64,000 nucleotides of DNA from an uncultured Gemmatimonadaceae bacterium (GCA_963829055.1 CAWHHI010000003.1:224001-288000); one strand, 5' to 3'; counted from the stretch's first letter, positions 22,473 through 36,122 are shown. Made by a program: numbers and translations. The notes: a model not told the origin generated them from the letters alone.

Positions 22473-22535
22473 AACTGTACGGCCTAACGTGCTGATCGGT
22501 TGGTCGAGAAACTCGCTACCCACGGACTCGACAAT

Positions 22536-25500
22536 TCACTGAACGGTGGTATCCCGAGCAGCAACTGGCAAATCCCAGTCGATATTGGGCGCAATACCAG
22601 AATGCACGCGCAACCGGCCGACCAGGAATCGCGTGTCAACGCTGTTTCCCGCGAGCATCACATGAGCCCGTTGGTAGGCCCAGCTCGCCCCGCCCACCCA
22701 TAAGACCTTTCCGTCGATCGCGAAGCCGCAGCGACCGTCTGGTAGAATCTGAAGCACCAGATCGAACGGGGATCCCGAATCGAAGCCGGCGGGAGCTGTT
22801 ACCATTTGGCCGCCACTTGGTGTACTCAGCGCGATCATGGTCGCAGGAGGTGTTTGACGCTGCCCGCGTGGGTATCCAAACTCGCAGTGCGGCACTGTCA
22901 CACCAGGCACCGCATCACCGTGGACGTGATCCCAGGCGTTCCATGCGACCGAATCGGTCACGGCGGCGAAACTGAGCGAGTGGATTTGCCATTCGGCGGC
23001 GGTGACGGGTGAGGACACCTTCATCTCGACCCACAAGCCGCGTCCCGTCGGAAATCCGGCGATAGTATACGCTCCGCTGTAGAACGCCTCATCGCCGTGG
23101 CTCCAGAACGCTCGGCCCATGGTTTCGTCGCTGACGATTTCCGGCCTCGGTGCACCGTACGTTCGCCATGCCGACAGCAGGCTGTCGCTCCACTGCTCAT
23201 CGAACAGAATGCTGGATCGGGCTTCGCCAATCGAGAGCGATCGCGTAGCTCGACGCCAGCCGCCAGCGGAGGCTTCGATGATCACGTTGCCGACGCGGCG
23301 TGGCGTTAGGCGCCCGGTCGAATCGACCGTCGCCATCGTCGTATCCAGGGATCGCCACCGCACTACGCCCGGGTCGACACTCCTCCCTGCGGTGTCGAAG
23401 CCTGCCGCACGCAGTTGATACGATGCTCCGAGCATTGGTGGCCCAAGTCCACCCAGGATCTCGTACGCGCGAGAGAAATGGCGCGCGTGGAGAGTTTGGC
23501 GCCCAGCCGAAGCTTACCTCCTTGCCCGTGGTGTCGGCGACTCGCAGTAACTTGAACTCGTTAGGCCGCCCAAACGGTGACAGGAACCATGACGGTGATG
23601 GATACCCGCGACGATCGCAGAGGCACAGCATCCACCGAGCGTCAGGCGAGATACTCGGCCGGCCAACCCCATTCGTGGCAATGACCTCGATCGTTCCGGA
23701 GTCGATGTCGATAGCTGCCAGGCGACGTTGTTGGGCGACATATGTGAGTACGTGGTGCGAGTCGATCCAACCGCGCAGATCCAGTTCCGCCGCTGCCAAG
23801 TCAGCGAGGCACCGAAGGTTCGAGCCGTCCGAGTCGATGACGCACAGGCTTCGGTCGCTGCCCATCGGCGGCTGTCGAAGGAACGCGATTCGTGATCCTT
23901 CCGGACTCCATCGTGGTGCCCAGTCGATGTCGTCACCCGACGTCAACTGTCGTACCTGACGCGTGGCGGTATCGGAGACGGCAATGTCATAACGCGCCCG
24001 GCGAGCCCAGCGCATGGTCGTGAAGGCAAATGCGCTGTTGTCGGGAGCCCATGTTGGATGCATGTCATCGCCGCGCGTGTACGTGAGGCGTCGCTCGTGG
24101 CCGCCGAGGTCGAACTCGACGATGTCGAGCACGCCACTATCAGGTACCATGCGACTCAGCGTCCATCCGCGTCCGTCCGGGCGAGCCACATCCTCGAACA
24201 ACAAACCGCCGGTCGACGGGATTCTCCAACGGGGGCGCCTCGAGAGGCTCACATCGAGCAAGCCAATGCCCGCCCAGTGCGACCCATCGACCGGCACGTC
24301 GTACAACTCGAATGTTGATCTGCTAGCGGACAATCGCTCAGCCACGAGCACCGCATCCGGCTTAACAGTCGGCCGAGCGCGTACCCACGCGGCCGCGCCC
24401 GCGATGCTGGATATCGCGACGATCGAGAGCGGCGGCGGCTATGGTCCTCGGTCGAGCGAGCGTGTGTCGAGTCCGAATCATCCATGGCAGCGACCTAACG
24501 AGCAACGCGACGAGACTGTCCGTCGCCGCAGGGCCGAGCAGGTCGCGCGCGAGCTCGTCGGGTTGATGTCCGCTTGCGACGGCGTCGATCGGACGAGTAT
24601 CTCGTACACTCGAGTCAACGTAGGAGATGTCGTCCGCACGCACGAGCAGTGGCGCCGCCACGCGCATTTCTCGCGCATTCGTATTCGGGTCGTCGGCGAT
24701 CGCTCGTCCGACGGCGCGCGGCCGCAGCGCGGGATTCGCTCTTCTGAAGCCCCCTCGAGGACCGCCGCCGCATGCTCGTCGTGTACGGTGGTCCAGCCGG
24801 CGTCGTGCCGCACGACCAACCCCCGTTGCTCCAGCCTCGCAAGCGGGCCATCGATCTCGCTGGTCGTGTGCGATGCCGCCGCGGCGAGTCGTGACTTCGA
24901 GAGCGATACACCTCCTGTAGCCAGCACGAGGAGTAGCAGTCGCTCGTTCGCGTCGAGACTCTCAACCCGACGACGCACAGCACTCCCTTCCGTCAACGCC
25001 GCGAATAGAGCTTCTGGGTCGGCGGACTGCCAGAAGCGCTCGGACTCGCTACCAGCATCAGACGAATGCGTCTGCGCGAGCAGCCCTCGTTCTTCCATCA
25101 GTTGCAGCGTTTCAAGTACGAGAAGCGGCGATCCTCCTGCAGCAGCGCCTAGCGCCGCCGGCAATCGATCGGCCCATGGCTCCTCTGGGAGGAGGGCGAT
25201 ACTCGAAATGAGCGATGCGACGTCGTCGTCGGCGAGCGGCTGAAGCGGGAAGACGCGCCGCCTGAGCCGGCGCGGGTGAATCGGCCGGTGTCGAACGCGC
25301 TGCGGACACGACGAGCAAGCGGTTCCGTTCAACGCCGGCCAAGGCTGCCTTGAGCAGTCGGATCGATGCCGGATCGCTCCAGTGAAGGTCGTCCAGCAGC
25401 ACGGCGACCGTCTGTTCCTCGGTAAGCGTCGTGATCAGCTCGCGGACTGCTAGCGCTCGCCGCCGAAGCGCTTCGTCGGCGACCGCAATGTCCGGCGCCG

Positions 25501-26618
25501 CACTGAAGATTGAGGACAGGCTGGGATTGAGCGCCACGAGGCTACTCGCCGACTGCGGCGAGACTCCGATCGAACCCGGACATTCCGCGAGCGCCGCGGC
25601 GAGATGGCCAGCGAAGGCATACGCGATGTCGCGAGTTCCCTGATCCGCGCGGGCGTGGACGACGCATCCCTTCCCGGCACGAAGACGCGTTCTCAGGTCG
25701 GCGAGCAAGCGAGTTTTGCCGAGACCTGCGGGCGCTACTATATGAAGGAAGCTCGCTCGACCGCCGCGCGCGTTGTCCCAGGCTTGGCGGAGCATGCGCG
25801 AACTCCGCTCTCGACCGACGAGATCGACCACTATCCGACGTGAGGCTTCCCGATCGGGGCTGATCCTGCTTCCCAGCGCTGCGAGCGACTCGCAGGGCGT
25901 CACGCGTCGCTGCCTCGGGTTCGATCTCCTCGGTGTCGAGCAATCGCTCGAGCGAATCGGCTTCCACCGACGCGCCCACGTGGTCGCCACTCGCAGCGAG
26001 GCAGTCGAGGAGCAGGCGCCAACCCGCTTGGTTGAGCGGGTCAAGGTCGCGCACACGTCTGGCGAGTGTCTGTGCGTCTCGATAGCGCCCGACTCTGACC
26101 CTCTCGCGGGCGACCGCGTCGGCGGCGTGGACGAAGATGCCCCGAAGTCGACGTCGTTCGTCTTCCGCCCATGCCTCGAACTCGTCGGCCCCGAGCGCCG
26201 CGAAATCCACGAGGAAATCGCCGGTGTAACGTCGAACGACTTCCTCGAAGTCGCCTGCATGCCACGCGGCCATGAGGAGATCACGATCACTCTCGATGCG
26301 GGCGTCGAGCGTTAGGTGGTCGTTGACGGCAACGAGTGTCTCGTCGCCAACCCTGCGCTTGATGAACCAGAGCATTTGCCGGACGGCGCGACGTGCTCCT
26401 GGAGGATCGAGATTGGTCCAGAGGAGGTTAATGAGGTGGTCGCGGCTTCCGGTGCGGTTCGGCGAGGCAGCGAGGTGCGCGATAAGGGCAAGCGGTTTGC
26501 CGGCCTCGAGGAGGAGCTCAGCGTCGCGTGATGAATGGACGCGGCGCAGCGTCGCGCTGCCGAGAGTCGTTAGAGCCAGGCGCGCGTCGGCGTCTTGCGA
26601 GCCTTGACTGTCCGTCAT
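22536..26618 (-). CDS. Large SARP/BTAD-AAA ATPase regulator with TM helix, TolB/PD40 propeller and Ig-like domain (several frameshifts)
   Basis: LTTLGSATL..KPLALIAHLA..SRDHLINLLW, YTGDFL..FEAWAEDERRRL (BTAD); Walker A APAGLGKT and Walker B LLDDLHWSD; GGSPLLV; hydrophobic IAAAALIVAISSIAGAAAWV; PTWAPD/PRWSPEG repeats; WRSLDTTMATVDSTG. Confidence 0.8.
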
Positions 26619-26841
26619 TAGGGCCGTCTAACGGGCAAAAGACGCTTGGGGAGTAGCCTCTCGCACGCAGGCACAAAGTGCGCTGCCCGGGCAGCATCGC
26701 CTTCGGTGGGCGACGTGCGCGAATGTAAGCCCACTGAGCGGTTCGCTCAAGATTGGGTGAGAGTGCGAGCGCACGGGAAACTTCCCTATGATCGGCCAAC
26801 CAAGAGTGGCGGCTCGGAAGGTGTAAGATCCCCCGTCAACA

Positions 26842-28410
26842 ATGAGGCGAACAGTGTCGAACCGCGTATCGAAATCCGCAGCAGTTGCCCTCGTGACCAT
26901 GGCGACGGGTGGATGCGCCGACCAACCGACGGAAGGTCTCGCGCGCACCCACCATTATCGCTCATGCATTCCGGGCGCTCAGGCTTGTGCCTCAACACCT
27001 TCGCAGGCCTGGTTAGCTGGTGGCGGCGACGGGAACGCGAACGATGTCGTGGGTGAGCAACCACGGCGCCTTGGAAACGGCGCGACCTTCGTACGAGGAC
27101 TGGTGGGACAAGGGTTCAGCTTCGACGGCATTGACGACCACGACTCCGTCCCCGATAGCCCGACTCTGACGCCTCCGTCGAATTCAATGACGCTCGACGC
27201 TTGGATCAATCCGAACACCGTGAGCGGACCGCGCATTATCGTGACGAAATACAGTCCCGGGCTCGATGTGAGCTGGGATCTTGATGGTGCTCGCTGGCGG
27301 GCGCATCCGATTCGACGTGTACCAGAGCCGGCAGCCGCTGATCATCGGTCGCGGTTTCGACACGGTCAACCCGGTCGTGACGCACTGGGAGTGTGGCAGC
27401 ACGTCGCAGCGACATTCGACGTTACGACCCAAGACGTGGGCATATACGTCAACGGAGTCGAGGTTCCTACGACTCCGCAGGCCTAGGACAATCCCAGAGC
27501 TCGATTACTTCGATCCGTGACAGCAATAGTCCGGTGCGCATAGGGACGTATCGCACCGGCAACGCCATTCTTGCCGATTTTTGGAGTGGCGTGATCGATG
27601 AGGTTGACGTTTTCAACCGCGCCCTAACGAGTGCTGAGATCCAGGCAATTTTTAGTGCGGGGAGCGCGGGCAAGTGTGTCGGTGGGTCCAATCAGTCGCC
27701 GGTCGCCAATCCCGGCGGTCCGTACGCCGGTGCGGAAGGAAGTGCCATTAGCTTCAATGGCACGGCGTCGATTGATCTCGACGGCGATGCGCTGACCTAC
27801 GCGTGGGACTTCGAGAGTGACGGTGTTGTGGACGCGATGACCGCGACAGCTAGTCAAATTTACAGGGATAACGGCTCCTACACCGCGAAGCTCACCGTCG
27901 ACGACGGCAACGGCGGAACCAACTCGCAGACGGTCGCCGTGACCGTGACGAACGTCGCGCCGTCGCTCGAACCGTTGAGCGTTCCCTATACGCCGATCGC
28001 CCTCCAGACCAGCGGAACGCCCGTGATGATCAGCGCAGCATTCACCGACCGTGGCACGCTCGACACGCAGACGGGTGTACTTTCATGCGACGGAGGAACG
28101 GCAGGCCTGGTGACCGCCATCGCGACCGGCGGCTCGGGCACCGCGAACGGGACATGCACGTTCACAGCGTCCGGCGTCTACACGGTCTCAATGACGTGAC
28201 CGACGACGACGGCGACTCGGATAGCAAGGCGGCCATCGGCCGACATCGTCGTCTACGATCCAGCCGGGCGGGTTCGTGACCGGCGGTGGATGGATCGACT
28301 CGCCGCCAGGCGCGTACCCCCAGAACGCCAGCCTAACTGGCAAGGCGACCTTTGGGTTCGTGTCGAAGTATCAGAAGGGAGCGACGACTCCGCGGGCAAC
28401 ACCGAATTCC
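26842..28410 (+). CDS. Secreted/lipoprotein LamG (ConA-like) + PKD domain protein, 3'-truncated near 28410 (frameshifted)
   Basis: TGGC lipobox-like start; GQGFSFDG, WQHVAATFD..IYVNG, GVIDEVDVFNRALT (LamG); PVANPGGPY..YAWDFESDG..YRDNGSYTAKLTVDD (PKD); then VTGGGWIDSPPGAY..GKATFGFVSKYQKG, which stops abruptly. Confidence 0.8.
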
Positions 28411-29833
28411 GTTCGGCGACGCGGTCGAGCATCGGCGTGTACTTCGCCGGCGTGTCGAATCGCGTGAGCGGGAACGTCACCTGGAAGAACTGCAGGCCAT
28501 CCGCGCGGTAGCCGAGATCCTGCCCCTCGAGACGCGCGAGGCTGCGGCCTAACAGTCCGGCGCCGGCGAGCATGACCAACGCGAGCGCGACCTGCGACGC
28601 GACGAGCCACGCGCGGGCGCGGCGGCGCGCGCGCGATCCGCTTCCCGAGCGTGCATCGAGACGCAGCGGCGAGGCCGGAGCGCCGCGCGCGCCGGCGAGC
28701 GCGGGGAGCACGCCACAGAGGAGCACCGTGAGGAGTGTGACCCCGGCGCTCAGGGCGACCGGGGTACCGGCGGCGACGACCACGTCGCCGCGCGGCAGCA
28801 TGCCTAACGCGCGGGCGCTCATGACGCGCAGTAGCGCAGCCGCGACGCCGGCGCCCACCACCCCGCCTGCGAGGCCGAGCATGGCGCTCTCGACGACGAG
28901 TTGCCGCACGATATCACCTGTGCTCGCGCCGATGGCGCGCCGGACGGCGATCTCACGGGCCCGCCCCGAGGCGCGCAGCAGGAGGAGGCTGCCCACGTTG
29001 ACGCAGGCGATGAGGAGCAGCAGCGCGACCGCCGCGGTGAGCACGAGCAGCGCGGGGCGCACACGGCCGACGATGGCCTCGGCGATTCCGCGCACGTCCG
29101 CGCCGGAGAGCGCGAGCTCCGGGTGCAGGCGCCGCATGATCGCGAGAAGCTCGGTCCCGGCGGCCGACGGCGTCGCACCGGGCGCGAGGCGCGCGACCAG
29201 ATCGACGGGGCCCTGCCCGGTGGTGGCGTACGGCGCCCAGTAGGCGGTGCCTAACGGATAGTCGAGGCCCGGCGGCGCGACGCCGACCACGGTCACGTCG
29301 AGGGCGAAGCTGGACAGGTGCAGCCGCCGACCGAGAACAGCGGGATCCCCGCCGAAGTCTCGGCGCCAGGTTGCGTAGCTGAGCACGATCACCGGTGACG
29401 CGCCCGCCACGTCGTCCTCCGGACGCAGGAGACGCCCCAGCACCGGGCGGGTGCCGAGCACGTCGAAGAAGTTCCCGGTGACGCGCGACTGCGGGAGGAC
29501 GAGCGGCCGGTCGCCGTCCGTGACCGCGTAGGGGACCGCGCCCCAGTGCACGAACCCCGCGATGGCGCGCATGGTCCGGCTGTCGTGGCGCAGGCGCTCG
29601 AGGTCGTCGGGCATGAGCGAGATCTCGGTCCCCTCGCGCGTCGGCCAGAGGGCCACGACGCGTTCCGGCGCCACCACGGGCAGCGGTCGCCGCAGTACGG
29701 CGTCGGACACCGCGGCCATGGTCGAGGCCATGCCGATTCCCAACGCCAGGATGGCCAGCACGGTCGCAGTGAACGCCGGCGTGCGGCGGAAGCCGCGCAG
29801 CGCGATGCGGACGTCGTGCGCGAGTCGGTCCAT
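28410..29833 (-). CDS. ADOP/MacB-type ABC transporter permease, 3'-truncated
   Basis: MDRLAHDVRIALRGFRRTPAF, LLLIACVNVGSLLL, REIAVRRAIGA, LVASQVALALVML. Ends near RVAER, about half the usual length. Confidence 0.85.
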
Positions 29834-30021
29834 GAGCTCTCTCGAGTTCTCTCGGGAACGAACGGGTTCTGCACACCAGATGATGTGCGGCCGGCAGCGT
29901 GCGAGACAGGGGGATCCGCGGTCGACGCGATAAACGGGCAGGATGAGAGACCGCCTCGAGAAGCGAGTGCTCCCCGAGGCGGATTCACACCGGCGGTGGT
30001 GCCTAACGTTGACGTCGAGGG

Positions 30022-30847
30022 CTACTGATCGCTCAGCGCAAACGACCGAAGCGGCGTGCCACCCGCCGGCGCATCCGCGATGACGATCGTCCGACCATTC
30101 CCGGCCGCGACCGCGACGCCGCTCAGCGTCGAGTTCACCGCCGCCGCGCGCGCCGCCGGCGCCGTACCCGCCGGCACCGTGCGGATCGGATACGTCCCCG
30201 GCGCCAGCGATGCACCAGCGAACGACGGCGCGATTCGCGAGACCCGTCGCGACAGGCGTCGCCGCCGCGAGATCCGCATTCGCCGCCGTGATGAACACAT
30301 CCACCGCACCAGCCGCTGGACTCATGTTCGTCACGCGAATGCGCGCCTGCCCGGCCGCGGGCGGCGTGTTCGCATCGGCCGTGCTGAACGCCGTCACCGC
30401 CGATCCACCGGTACCACCCGTCGCGTACACCGTGTAGTCGTTGTTCGCCGCGATGTTCACGCTCAACGTCGCCACCGTCACCGTCGTGTCGGCGGTCTTC
30501 TTGAGCACGATCGTCCGGTCCCCCGCCAGCACGGCTGAGTAGAACGCCGTCGAAGGCGCCGGCAGACTCGCCGGCGTCGACGCCGCGTAGACCAGGTTCA
30601 CACCGAACGGCAAGCCTTCCAGAAGCGCGTTCACCGGATTGCGCGAGGGATCCGTGACGAGGTTCACGAACCGCACCCGCCCCACGGGCCCCGACGGCTG
30701 CAGCGGATCCGCCGCGTCCTTCGTCCCGCACGCCGCGGCGGCCATCGCCACCGCCGCCAGTGCGGGCATCCACGTTAGGCGTCGTCCGACGAGCGGACGC
30801 GCACCCCGAACATCGCGAGCACTGGTCGATACGATCGATGCGATCAT
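30022..30847 (-). CDS. DUF4397-type lipoprotein (frameshift near 30240)
   Basis: AAAAC lipobox; repeated VRFVNLV/IRVTNMSPAAGAVDVF beta domains; DYTVYA. Lies downstream of susD. Confidence 0.75.
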
Positions 30848-30858
30848 GAAGGCGGGCC

Positions 30859-32239
30859 TCACAGCGGGGCAGCTCGCGGGGAACGCCGACGGCTCCGTGG
30901 GATCCGGAAGCGCGCTGAACGTCGCGTTGGGATTGGCGTTGCGGTCACCGACCGCGTACGGCAGCCAGCAGCGCTGGCCGTCGGTGGGAATGCCGGGCGA
31001 CGCGACGGGACCGACGATGGCGTTACGACGCCGCGCGTCCTCCCACCGCAACCCGGTGCCGAACAGCTCGTACTTCCGCTGCACGTAGATCTCCGTCGAG
31101 CAGCTGGTCCTTCGTCAGCTGCCCGGACGAGCGCGCGGCAGACACGCCTTCGGATCGTCGATGCCGCGACCGCCCGTGCAGTCGGTGCGCACCGAGTCGA
31201 GCACGGCCTGCGACGCCGCGAGCTGATTCTGATTCGCCAGCGCCTCGGCCTTGATCAGCAGCGCCTCGTCCGGGAAGTACACCGGCAGCGGCGCCTGCGG
31301 ATTCGCGTAGCGATTCCACGGATCGAGCGGCGCGCCGATGCGGCCGACGAGCGTCGTCGACGGCGTCACGAAGTACGTGAAGCGCTGATCCTGCGGCAGC
31401 CATCGACGTCCGCCACTGACGCCGCGGCGCGATGCCGTTCGTGCCGCCGGTGACGTTCGCGTAGAAGTTGACCGCCGGCGACGGGAACGTCAGCACCGAC
31501 AGCGCCGCCGGCCCGGTGCGCGCCGACGAGGTTCGCCGCCGCGAGCGCCGTCGCATCATCGTTCGCCATGCGCGCGTACCGCGCGCGGAAGAGCTGAATC
31601 ATGTTCGTCAGATTCACGCCCGGCGTCAGAATGTTGCTGTTGAAGAACGCACTCGGCGGCGTCGTCGGCGATCGTCCGCCGCCGCCGAGTCGAGCAGCGC
31701 ACGCACGTACGGCAGCGCCTCGGCGCGCGGCACGTAGGTCGGCGCCGTGACGCCGATACGTCTTGATCGGGATCTTCTGATACGACTGCAGCGCTTCGCC
31801 TAACGCCTCGGCCTTGAGCGCGATAGGCCAGCGCCCGCAGTCCGCTGCGCGTGCCCGGCTCGAACTGGTCGGCGAGCGCGTCCGACCCGGCGAGCAGGTC
31901 GTCGGCCGTGCGCACGGTCCGATACACCGAGTTGAACACGTTGTCGGCGATCGCCGGTGCCCGACGGCACCGCGCCCTGCTCGGCGTCGCTGATCGAGAT
32001 CAGCGCCGCGCTCGTCGACGCGAACTCGTCGGTGACGAGGCCGGCCATGTACGCGAAGTTGCCGTACGACTTCGCGAACCGACCCTGCAGCCCGGTCGCC
32101 AGCGCGATGACGCCGTCGACGCTCGTCGTGACCTGCTCTTCCGTCGGCGAGTTCGGGTTCTGCAGGTCGAGGCTGCACGCCCCGAGACCGCCAGTGACGC
32201 AGTGGCGACGGCCACCGCGCACTGTCTGATCATGCGCAT
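30859..32239 (-). CDS. SusD/RagB-like lipoprotein (frameshifted)
   Basis: GLGACSLDLQNPNSP lipobox, EALLIKAEAL, QRKYELFGTGLRWEDARR. Follows susC. Confidence 0.85.
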
Positions 32240-32255
32240 GCGTGGTCTCCGCCTG

Positions 32256-35200
32256 TCAGTAGGTGAAGCGCGCGCTGATCGACCACACGCGCGGAATCGG
32301 GTAGCCGCCGAAGTCGAAGCCGCGATCGGCCGCCGTCGTCTGCACCGAGCCGATGCCACCGGCGTTCGTGCCGAACAGGTTGATCTCCGGATCGTAGCCG
32401 CTGTAGTCGGTCCACACGACCAGGTTGCGGCCCGACACGCGTGAGGTCGACGCCGTCGTGGAAGACGCGACGCACGGCCGGCATGCTCGAGCGTGTAGCT
32501 CGCCGAGAGCTCGCGGAGCTTCACGAACGTGCCGTCCTCGATCCAGTACTCGAAGATGCCCTGCGTGCGCGCATTGAAGCCCGGCGGCAGCTTGCGCGGA
32601 TCGCCGTACGGCAGCAGCTCGCGCTCGTACGCCTTCGAGTTGCTCGCGATGCCGGCGTTCTGCGCGCGCGTGGAGAGGTTCATGATCTCGTTGCCGAACA
32701 CGCCGTCGAGCAGCGCGCGGACGCGGAGCTTCTCGCATGATCGTGAACTCGTTGAGGAACGAGCCCATCCAGTTCGGATTCGGATCGCCGATGATCGCGT
32801 TGAGCGAGTCGTTGCACGTGCCGCCGCTAGATCGCCTGTCGCTGCGCGAGCGTCGCGCCCATGTCCACCGTCTGGTTGCTGCGGCGATAGCGGCCGAGCG
32901 AGTCGAGCAGCAGCGCGCCGGTCGACGCAGTTGCGCGCCGCGTACGAGCCGTAGAACACACCGGCCGGCTGCCCCGGCGCGAATGCGGTTCGGGTACCCG
33001 CCCGCCGACTGGAAGTCCTGGATGTCCAGGCTCTCGACGAGGTTCTTGTTGTGCGTGTACGTGATCGTCGACGACCACTGGAAGTTGCGGCATGTCGACG
33101 TTCGTGCGTGCGCAGCAGCAGCTCGATGCCCTTGTTCGACATCGAGCCGATCGGCGCGAACTGCCGCGAGAAGCCGGTGCTCGTCGGCGAGCGGGCGGAA
33201 GAACAGCAGGTCCGACACGAGGCGGTCGTAGTACGTCGCCTCGAGGCCCGACGCGTCCGCTCGAGGAAGCCGAGCTCCGTGCCGACCTCCCACTCGCGCG
33301 CGCGCTCGTTATGCAGGTCCGGGTTGCCGTACGTGACGTCGTTGACGAAGCCCGGGACGGCCCGGCGAACGGCAGCTGCGCGTAGCTGATGAACTGCGAG
33401 TACGCGTTCACGATGCCCGGCTGGCTGCCCGCCCATCCGAGCGCGCTGCGCAGCGCGGAGGTTGTTCACGCAGCCCGGGCTGGTTCTCCGTCACGACGTA
33501 CGACGCCGAGAACTTCGGGAACGCCTGCCAGCGCTCGCGACGGCGCGAACGTCGACGACGCATCGTAGCGAACGGCCGCGGTCAGGAACAGCCGGTCGTT
33601 GCCAACGCGACTTCCTGCTGGCCGTAGAAGCCGAGCGTCCGGAGCTCGACGTCGGTCTGCGCCGGCGGAGAAGACCGAGCCCGCGCTCACGAGATCGCCC
33701 ACCGGCGCGAGACCGTTCGCCGTCGCGCTCGTCGTGCGCACGCGCTGCGACGTGAAGTTGAACCCGCCGGTCGTGCGCAGCTCGAACGTCCCCATCGGTT
33801 TCCAGGTGTAGCTGCCGACGCCGTCCTGATTGACGACGCGCGTGTTCTGGAACACCGACTGCGATCGTCCGGTCGCGATCGGCGCGGTGCCGAGCACCGC
33901 GTTGCGCGGCACGAACTGGCGCTGCTCGAAGCCCGACGTTGTCGATGCCGATCGTGTAGTCGAGCAGCAGGTTGCGTGATCGGCGTGTACGTCAGCTTCG
34001 CCGAGCCGATGAACCGCTCGATCGTCTGCGGATTGCGAATGCGATCGATCGCCAGCAGCGGGTTCGTACCGAGCGACGGCGGCAGCGGATACACGCCGTT
34101 CACCGGCCGGAAGTCGACGTTCGTCGGCGCGAAGAACAGCGACCCCATGATGCCGTAGTCGTTCTGCTCGCCGAACGCCTGCATCTGGTTCTCGGTCGTG
34201 ATGTAGTTCGCCGTGACGTTGCCGATGAGCTTCGACGCCAGCTGCTGCTGCAGGTTCACGCGCGCACCCGCTCCGCTGCGACGACGTCGACTTCATGATG
34301 CCGTCTTCGTCCGAGTAAGTTGCCGCTGATGTAGTAGCGCGTCTGATCGTTGCCGCCCTCGACGGTGAGGTTGTGCTCGCTGGCCGCGCGCGCGGTGGAA
34401 GATGTCGTGCTGATAGTTGAAGCGCGCGATCGGCAGCCCGTTCTCGTTGTACGGATAGAGATTGAACGGCTGCTGCTCGCGGAGCTCGCTCTGCGCGAAC
34501 GCGCGACGTCAACGTGAACCGCGGCTTGCCGAGCGTGCCGCGCTTCGTGAAGATCTGCACGACGCCGTTGTTCGCGCGCGACCCGTACAGCGCCGCCGCG
34601 GCCGCGCCGCGAATCACCTCGATGCGCTCGATGTCCGACGGGATTGATGTCGGCGAGACGATTCTGCGGATTCGACCGAATGCCGAGGTCGGCGAGCTGC
34701 GCCGAGCCGTTGTCGACGATCACGCCGTCGACGATGTAGAGCGGATCGGATCCGGAGATGAACGAGTTCGTGCCGCGCAGACGCACCGAGATGCCGCCGC
34801 CGCCCGGGCCGCCGGAGTTCTGCGTGATCTGCGCGCCGGGCACCTTGCCCTGCAGCGCCTGATCGACGGTCACGGCCTGCGCCCGGCTGATCATCGTGGA
34901 GTCGATCGACGCGATGCTCGTTCCGAGCTTGCGTCTTCTCGGTCGGCGCCGCCGAGCCGGTGACGACGACTTCGGTCAGGTTGAGCGCGCTCGCCGGTGA
35001 GCGCGATGTCGCCGGTGCTGGCGCCATCGGTCGTGACAGTCGACGGTCTTCGACACCGGCGAATAGCCAATGCGCCGCACGACGAGTCGTGCGTGTCCGG
35101 TCGGGACCGCAGACGATGGTGAAGTCACCGTTCGCGCCGGTGACCGCGCCGAGTCGCGTGCCTTCGACCGAGACCTGCGCGTCGGGCAGGCCTCGTCCGC

Positions 35201-35328
35201 CGGCGGCATCGGTCGACACGCCCGCGGACAGTGCCGGTCGTGGCTTGGGCGATGAGGAGAGAGGGTGATGCAACGAGTGCGAGCGCCAGCGCCGCGAGGG
35301 CGCTGCGCCGAGCGGTAATGACGGCCAT
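32256..35328 (-). CDS. SusC/RagA-like TonB-dependent outer membrane protein (many frameshifts)
   Basis: QALQGKVPGAQITQNSGGPGGG, DPLYIVDGV, NRLADINP, AAALYGSRANNGVVQIFTKRG, IEDGTFVKLRELS, YPIPRVWSISARFTY. Confidence 0.9.
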
Positions 35329-35429
35329 CAGAGATCTCCGAGTCCGAGTGCTCCCCGCCCGCAGCCGAGCTCCTGGGGTGAGCGCTGCGTGGATCGAGAC
35401 GCTACAGGGCTACAGGATAGTGCGCTGCG

Positions 35430-36122
35430 TCACACCGGGCCAGCCGTTGAAGCGATGAACACGACGGACGCCGGCTTGCCGGTCGCCGGATGGATCGGCT
35501 CGCGCATCTCGACGAGCGTGAGACCACTCGCCGACGATGCAGCTCGACCCAGCTCTGCGAGCGTGCGGAAGTACCACGGCGCGGGATCGGAGAAGTCGTC
35601 GCTGAAGCCAGCCCATGACCCGCTGCGCCACCCGTCTATATAAGGTTGGTCGCCACAAGCAATCACCGGATGAAGCGTCTGAACGATGAGCGCGCCACCG
35701 GGCCGAAGCAGTGTTGGCACGGTCGACGATCAGTGCGTCGACGGCCTCCTTCCCGATGAGCGCGAAGTTCGCGACGGCGACGTCGACGGTGAGATCGAGC
35801 TCACCGCGGGCGATCCCTCGTACGACGCGACGCGGAACTCGCCTCCGCCGGCCGCGCGCGCGCGGTCGATGAGCGCGGGCACGACGTCGACGCCGACGAC
35901 CCGTTGGACGCCGCGCGCCGCGAGCGCGCGCACGAGCCACCCTTCGCCGCACCCGATATCGAGCACGGACTCGGGCTGTCGGCTCATGACGGCGTCGACG
36001 ATGGCGCGGTCGGTGACGAGCTTCCGACTCTCGATGCGCTGCTCGCGCACGGCGACGGTCCACGGCGTGGCGTTGGTGTGCCACGACTCGATGATCTTTG
36101 CGTCGGATAGCGGATCAATCAT
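35430..36122 (-). CDS. Class I SAM-dependent methyltransferase (frameshifted)
   Basis: VLDIGCGEGW motif I, VGVDV, LRPGGALIVQTLHP, PWYFRTL. Confidence 0.85.

Noticed and set aside
28253..31084. 943-aa ORF as a real SusD-DUF4397-ABC permease fusion
   Set aside because: It is a chance join, via indels, of the SusD tail, the DUF4397 gene, an intergenic spacer and the permease, each of which has its own start or stop.
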